NCBI GenBank assembly: GCA_036507075.1
Contig: DASXQR010000017.1
Coordinates: forward strand, 93,188 to 157,187
Direction of reading: 5' to 3'
From: Acidobacteriota bacterium
Lineage (GTDB): Bacteria > Acidobacteriota > UBA6911 > JACQSX01
DNA length: 64,000 bases
The notes beneath the pieces are model-generated. The model searched no databases and was not told the origin of the DNA. It worked only from the letters and a program-made list of their open reading frames with translations. This document shows positions 59,453 to 64,000 of the stretch, one piece after another. The position numbers and the translations under genes were made by a program. Every line of letters starts with the position of its first letter. Position 1 is the first letter of the stretch.

Positions 59453-59734
59453 ATGCATATAGAGTTTGTCGAAAGAAAACACCGGCTGAACTGGAAACTG
59501 CCAAGCGAAATTGCGTCTCTGCACCTTACTTATCCACGGGGCCGAATCGTCAAGTACTTCAGAGATAAGAACTACGGATTCATCAAAGCAAAAAACGGGC
59601 GGCATCTTTTCTTTTTCATTCCGGAAATCGATTTAATGGGGTCGGAAGATTCACTGCGCGTGGGTCTGGAAGTGGGGTACGACGTCACGCTGGTGGGCAA
59701 AAAGATGCGCGTCACGAAACTCAAGATCTATTAA
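59453..59734 (+). CDS. hypothetical small protein, possible cold-shock-domain-like fold
   Basis: 93 aa; KNYGFIK...GRHLFFFIPEI resembles a CSD RNP motif; weak. Confidence 0.35.
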   Translation: MHIEFVERKHRLNWKLPSEIASLHLTYPRGRIVKYFRDKNYGFIKAKNGRHLFFFIPEIDLMGSEDSLRVGLEVGYDVTLVGKKMRVTKLKIY

Positions 59735-59741
59735 GTTATCG

Positions 59742-60083
59742 ACTTGGCGGGTTACCGGGTTGCGGGTTAGCGGGTTGAGGGTTAGCGAGTTGCGGGTTAG
59801 CGGGTTACGGGTTAGCGGGTTTGCGAGTTACGGGTTTGCGAGTTACGGGTTAGCGAGTTACGGGTTATGGAGTTCAAATCCAGAATGAAAAATTACTGAA
59901 AGCGGCTCACCGCGAGGGCGAACTTTCAATTTTCCAATCTTGAGTTCGACAACTCGCAACCCGTAACGCGGTAACCCGCCAACCCGTAACTAGATAACCC
60001 GCAACCCGGTAACCCGCCAACCCGCAACCCGGTAACCCGCAACGCGCTAACCCGCAATGCGGTAACCCGTCAACGCGGAACTA
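59742..60083. repeat. large palindromic element, GTTACGG/GTTAGCGG family (arms ~130 nt, apex ~80 nt containing CAATTTTCCAATCTTGAGTTCGA)
   Basis: Read directly; the right arm is the array of CCGCTAACCC/CCGTAACCC units; apex motif shared with 1441-1500. Confidence 0.9.
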
Positions 60084-60090
60084 AATCCAT

Positions 60091-60441
60091 ATGGGTACCA
60101 TAGGCCTGGTAATGTATATCGTGGCGGCTGCCGGAATTGCCGGGGCGTTGCTTTTGCTGGCGACTTTTGTCGGGCCAAAGCGAGCCAACCCCGTCAAGGC
60201 AACACCATTTGAGTGCGGCAACCCTCCTCACGATATTTCGCGCGGCAGGTTTTCCATAAAGTTTTTTCTTGTGGCCCTGCTGTTTATTCCGTTCGATGTC
60301 GAGCTGATGTTTCTTTTTCCGTGGGCGGTGGTGTTCCGATCGCTCGGAGTCCAGGGTTTTGTCGCGATGGCGGCGTTCCTCGGCTTCATGTTCGTGGGTT
60401 TGATTTACGCCTGGACGAAAGGGGCATTGCAATGGCAGTGA
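60091..60441 (+). CDS. nuoA: NADH-quinone oxidoreductase subunit A
   Basis: 116 aa, three TM helices; conserved FECG and FDVE motifs. Confidence 0.9.
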   Translation: MGTIGLVMYIVAAAGIAGALLLLATFVGPKRANPVKATPFECGNPPHDISRGRFSIKFFLVALLFIPFDVELMFLFPWAVVFRSLGVQGFVAMAAFLGFMFVGLIYAWTKGALQWQ

Positions 60442-60902
60442 ATACGCCTGCCGGCGGATTTTTCACCAGTCGCCTGGACAAGATGATCGGCTGGGCACGG
60501 AAATATTCGATTTTCCAGTACCCGTTTGTGACCGCCTGCTGCGGAATGGAGTACATGGCCACGGCCTGCGCGCATTACGATGTGGACCGTTTCGGCGCGG
60601 GCCTCCCGCGCTTTTCTCCACGCCAGGCCGACGTTTTGTTCGTCGTCGGAACTATCAGCCATAAGCTCGCGCCCACGTTGAAGATGATTTATGACCAGAT
60701 GTGCGAGCCCAAGTGGGTGGTGGCTTTCGGTGTTTGTACTTGCACCGGCGGCTTTTACGATAATTACGCGACTGTCATGGGAATCGATACGATCATTCCG
60801 GTGGATGTTTACATACCGGGCTGCCCGCCGCGGCCGGAAACGGTTTTGGACGGCCTGATAAAACTCCAGGCTAAGATACAAATGGAGCCGCAATTGCTGT
60901 GA
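60432..60902 (+). CDS. nuoB: NADH-quinone oxidoreductase subunit B, copy 2
   Basis: ATG at 60432 (MAVNTPAGG...) overlapping the nuoA end; CCGMEYMA, GVCTCTGG, GCPP; the track ORF 60213 carries a spurious 73-aa extension. Confidence 0.9.
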   Translation: MAVNTPAGGFFTSRLDKMIGWARKYSIFQYPFVTACCGMEYMATACAHYDVDRFGAGLPRFSPRQADVLFVVGTISHKLAPTLKMIYDQMCEPKWVVAFGVCTCTGGFYDNYATVMGIDTIIPVDVYIPGCPPRPETVLDGLIKLQAKIQMEPQLL

Positions 60903-61384
60903 GCCGGATGAGCCTGACTCTTGGAAAACTGAAAGAGAATTTCAGTGATTCCATTTTCGAACTTGGAAACTATCGGGGAGACGACTTTGCCGTGGTCCGC
61001 GGCGATCGCATCGTGGAAATCGCCCGTTTTATACGCGATCATCCTGAGCTGCAGTACAACTTTCTGATTGATTTGACGGCGGTGGATTATCCCAGGCGCT
61101 CGCCGCGCTTTGAAGTTGTTTATCACTTCTTGTCGCTCCCGTTTAAGCATCGGGTTCGGTTGAAAGTCCCCGTCGAGGAGAAAAACGCGGAAGTCCCTTC
61201 GCTGGTGTCACTGTGGGATGGAGCGAACTGGTTTGAACGTGAAGTGTGGGACATGTTTGGTATTCGCTTTCAGGGCCATCCGGATCTGAGGCGCATCCTT
61301 CTTTACGAAGGATTCGAAGGTCATCCGCTGCGCAAGGATTACCCCATCAACAGGCGACAGCCCCTGATCGGGCCCAAAAACTAA
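60899..61384 (+). CDS. nuoC: NADH-quinone oxidoreductase subunit C
   Basis: 161 aa; ATGA-type overlap with nuoB; NuoC 30-kDa family blocks. Confidence 0.85.
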   Translation: MSRMSLTLGKLKENFSDSIFELGNYRGDDFAVVRGDRIVEIARFIRDHPELQYNFLIDLTAVDYPRRSPRFEVVYHFLSLPFKHRVRLKVPVEEKNAEVPSLVSLWDGANWFEREVWDMFGIRFQGHPDLRRILLYEGFEGHPLRKDYPINRRQPLIGPKN

Positions 61385-61388
61385 TTCC

Positions 61389-62453
61389 GTGGGACGAACT
61401 TCCATCGCAGATCGACTGGTCGGGCAGCGACTCTCAGAGTTGCTGAGGGTGATCCGTCCTGGAGGCGAGTTCGTCATTCTGACCCACAACAATCCCGATC
61501 CGGACAGTATCGCCTCAGGGCTGGCCTTGCGCACACTGGTGCGTGAAAAGCGGGGTCTTGAAGGCCGGCTGGCCTACGGCGGCATGCTGGGGAGAGCCGA
61601 GAATCAAGCGATGGTTCGCATCCTGCAAATTGAGCTCATTCACGTGCGCGATCTGCAGTTGAAGACGAGCGATACGATCGCAATTGTGGACACGCAGCCG
61701 CGCACCGGCAACAACGCGCTGCCGGGAGGTATCGTGCCCGATATTGTCATCGACCATCATCCGTTCCGGGAGGAAACAGCGGGGGTAACGTATCACGACG
61801 TACGGGAGCATTATGGCGCCACCAGCACCATGCTGCTTGAATATTTGAACGAAGCCGGTGTTGAGCTTGACAGGAAACTGGCGACCGCCCTGTTCTACGC
61901 GATCAAAACAGAAACGGCAAACCTGGTGCGCGAAGTGCACCAGGCCGACATGCAGGCTTATCTCACTCTCTATCCGATTGTCGATAAGTCGTGCCTGGCG
62001 CGCATCGAGCAGGCTTCCGTTCCACGAGAGTATTACCAGGCGTTCCATGCGGCGCTGGAGAACAGCTTTGTGTGCGACAAAGCCGTGGTTTCGCGCCTGC
62101 AGTCCATCCGTAATCCGGATATGGTGGCCGAGATTGCCGACTTCCTGTTGCGGCTGCGCGGAACGGAATGGACATTTGCGATGGCGCGATTCGGCAATGA
62201 CTTGATCCTCTCCACGCGCACGATAAGTCCGGATGAAGATGCCGGCAACGTGATGCAGCGAGTGGTGGGAGATTACGGCACTGCGGGAGGCCACGGCACA
62301 ATGGCGGGGGGCCAGGTTCGCCTCGAAGGTTTGAATGCGCAGGCGATGGAGCAGCTTGAGGCGGAGCTAACGGATCGTTTCCTCAACGCAGTCCTTGGAG
62401 ACACAGCCGGTAAAGTGGTGCGCGAACCTTTGTGTGAAATCGATGGAAAGTGA
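61389..62453 (+). CDS. DHH-family phosphoesterase (NrnA-like nanoRNase/pAp phosphatase)
   Basis: 354 aa; DHH motifs I-IV (ILTHNNPDPDSIAS, VDTQP, DHH, GGH in GTAGGHGTMAGG); lies between nuoC and nuoD. Confidence 0.8.
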   Translation: MGRTSIADRLVGQRLSELLRVIRPGGEFVILTHNNPDPDSIASGLALRTLVREKRGLEGRLAYGGMLGRAENQAMVRILQIELIHVRDLQLKTSDTIAIVDTQPRTGNNALPGGIVPDIVIDHHPFREETAGVTYHDVREHYGATSTMLLEYLNEAGVELDRKLATALFYAIKTETANLVREVHQADMQAYLTLYPIVDKSCLARIEQASVPREYYQAFHAALENSFVCDKAVVSRLQSIRNPDMVAEIADFLLRLRGTEWTFAMARFGNDLILSTRTISPDEDAGNVMQRVVGDYGTAGGHGTMAGGQVRLEGLNAQAMEQLEAELTDRFLNAVLGDTAGKVVREPLCEIDGK

Positions 62454-63795
62454 AGTTATTGATTCTTCGACTCCGGTAAACACCAACCGGATGCTGGTGT
62501 CTTTCGGCCCGTCCCATCCGGCCATGCACGGGACCATCAAGATCGATGTGGAGCTGGACGGGGAAACGGTGATGGACGCCCGCGTCGAGATTGGCTACCT
62601 GCACCGTGCGTTTGAGAAAAGTTCGGAGCAGGGAAATTATCAGCACCCGATCCCTTATGCCGATCGCCTTAATTATGTCTCGCCGCTGATCAATAATTTC
62701 GGTTATGCCGAGGCGGTGGAAAAACTCCTTGATGTGGAGATTACCGACCGCTGCAAGTACGTCCGCGTGATCATGAGCGAGCTGTCGCGCGTCACGGACC
62801 ACTTGACCTGTATCGGCGCCAGCGCTATGGAGCTGGGAGCGTTCAGCGTATTTCTCTACATGATCAAGGCGCGGGAATACCTCTATGAGCTGATCGAGGA
62901 TGTCACCGGTGCCCGTTTAACGGTCAGTTATGTTCGCATCGGAGGGGTTAAGGCGGACTTTCCGCCGGGCTTTGAAGAAAAGACCCGCGTTGCCATGCGC
63001 AAGACCCGTGAAGTGCTCGGCGAAGTCGACCGGCTGTTGACAAAGAACCGGATCTTCCATGATCGCATGAAGGGCGTCGGCGTTTGCACTCAGGAACTCG
63101 CGGTCCGTTACGGCATCACGGGCCCGTTTCTGCGGTCCACGGGAATCAACTACGACGTGCGCAAGACGACTCCTTACCTGGTTTATGACCGCTTTGATTT
63201 CCAGATTCCTCTGGGAACAAACGGCGACAACTATGACCGTTACCGCTGCCGCATGGCCGAGATGGAGCAGAGCATGCGGATCATTGAACAGGCATTCGAC
63301 CAGATGCCGGAAGGCGAGCTGAATGTGGATGTCGCGGACATGTCAATTCCGGCGGCTGAGATGAGGGATTTAGGGAAACTGGGCGCGACCGAAGGTCTGG
63401 TAAGGCGCGATGTAGAGCCCGAGCCGACGCTGGAGGGAACAAATCGCGCGGCCAGCCGGCTGGTCAATATTGTGGACAAGAGGGTCGTGTTGCCCCCCAA
63501 GGAGGAGACCTACAGCAACATTGAAGGCCTGATGAACCATTTCAAAATGGTGATGACCGGTCACGGAGTGCGACCTCCCAAGGGTGAAGCCTACTCGGCG
63601 GTGGAAGGCGGCAACGGAGAGTTGGGCTTTTACGTGGTAAGTGACGGCACTGATCGCCCGTATCGCGTGCGCTGCCGGCCGCCGTGTTTTCCCATTATGG
63701 CGGCACTGCCGCATTTGCTCATCGGCTACTCGGTGGCGGACATCGTGCCCACTTTTGGTTCGGTCAACATGGTCGGAGGAGAGCTGGATCGATGA
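62443..63795 (+). CDS. nuoD: NADH-quinone oxidoreductase subunit D
   Basis: ATG at 62443 (MESEVID...) overlapping the DHH gene end by 11 nt; NuoD 49-kDa family blocks (FGPSHPAMHGT, RIGGV). Confidence 0.9.
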   Translation: MESEVIDSSTPVNTNRMLVSFGPSHPAMHGTIKIDVELDGETVMDARVEIGYLHRAFEKSSEQGNYQHPIPYADRLNYVSPLINNFGYAEAVEKLLDVEITDRCKYVRVIMSELSRVTDHLTCIGASAMELGAFSVFLYMIKAREYLYELIEDVTGARLTVSYVRIGGVKADFPPGFEEKTRVAMRKTREVLGEVDRLLTKNRIFHDRMKGVGVCTQELAVRYGITGPFLRSTGINYDVRKTTPYLVYDRFDFQIPLGTNGDNYDRYRCRMAEMEQSMRIIEQAFDQMPEGELNVDVADMSIPAAEMRDLGKLGATEGLVRRDVEPEPTLEGTNRAASRLVNIVDKRVVLPPKEETYSNIEGLMNHFKMVMTGHGVRPPKGEAYSAVEGGNGELGFYVVSDGTDRPYRVRCRPPCFPIMAALPHLLIGYSVADIVPTFGSVNMVGGELDR

Positions 63796-64000
63796 GTCTG
63801 GAAGTTCTCTCGGAAAAGATGCTGTCGGAAATCTCTGAGATTCTGGCCAGGTATCCGCAGCAGCGCGCCGCTCTATTGCCGATCTTGAATGCCTGCCAGC
63901 GCGAATACGGCTTCATTTCGCAGCGGACCGAGGAGGCAGTCGCCGAGTTGCTTGGCATCCCTGTGATTGAAATACGGGAAACAATCAGCTTTTACAGCCT
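63792..64000 (+). CDS. nuoE: NADH-quinone oxidoreductase subunit E (5' partial, runs off the window)
   Basis: ATG at 63792 overlapping the nuoD stop; N-terminal sequence MSLEVLSEKMLSEISEILARYPQQRAALLPIL typical of NuoE. Confidence 0.75.
   Translation, partial: MSLEVLSEKMLSEISEILARYPQQRAALLPILNACQREYGFISQRTEEAVAELLGIPVIEIRETISFYS

Noticed and set aside
1328-60083. The repeat arrays as CRISPR loci
   Set aside because: The units are 7-16 bp with no unique spacers between them, the arms are reverse complements of each other, and no cas genes are present.
1-64000. Transposase, integrase or phage genes associated with the repeats
   Set aside because: None was found in any frame. All long ORFs are housekeeping or transport genes.

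Overview
This is a 64-kb chromosomal segment with about 58-60% GC, gene content typical of Acidobacteriota, and housekeeping genes on both strands. The coding content is ordinary: riboflavin synthesis (ribE and ribBA), threonine aldolase, HemW, RadC, an RlmI-like methyltransferase, a three-domain DNA ligase D, an RND efflux pump with its adaptor, a class V aminotransferase followed by serA, a Cu(I) P-type ATPase, a ferredoxin, a PAS-GGDEF diguanylate cyclase, a GldA/GldF/GldG-like ABC system, an iron-type ABC importer, glycosyltransferases, PBP4, LepB, FolK, LptD, Icd, tRNA-Glu, aminopeptidase P, FolE, an aldo-keto reductase, a CoADR-like flavoprotein and two NADH dehydrogenase gene sets. The unusual part is the non-coding DNA. 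Nearly every intergenic gap above roughly 60 bp, about 25 loci, holds a structured palindromic element. In most of them each arm is a tandem array of 7-9-mers (GTTACGG, CGGAATG, CACGAAG, CACCAAG/CACAAAG, CGCGAAG, ACCGCCAAG, CATTGGT, CGAATTACG), and the inverted partner arm is the reverse-complement array. Within each family the apex carries a conserved core. Several elements reach into annotated gene ends. Other items of note are a second ~90-bp repeat family with terminal inverted repeats and a related shorter palindrome that together bracket copA, a Fur-family regulator fused to a rubrerythrin-like diiron domain, a DHH phosphoesterase gene inside the nuoA-B-C-D-E operon, an orphan nuoB-nuoI pair, a decayed TonB-dependent receptor remnant and a split rib locus. 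No CRISPR array, rRNA gene, transposase or integrase was seen.
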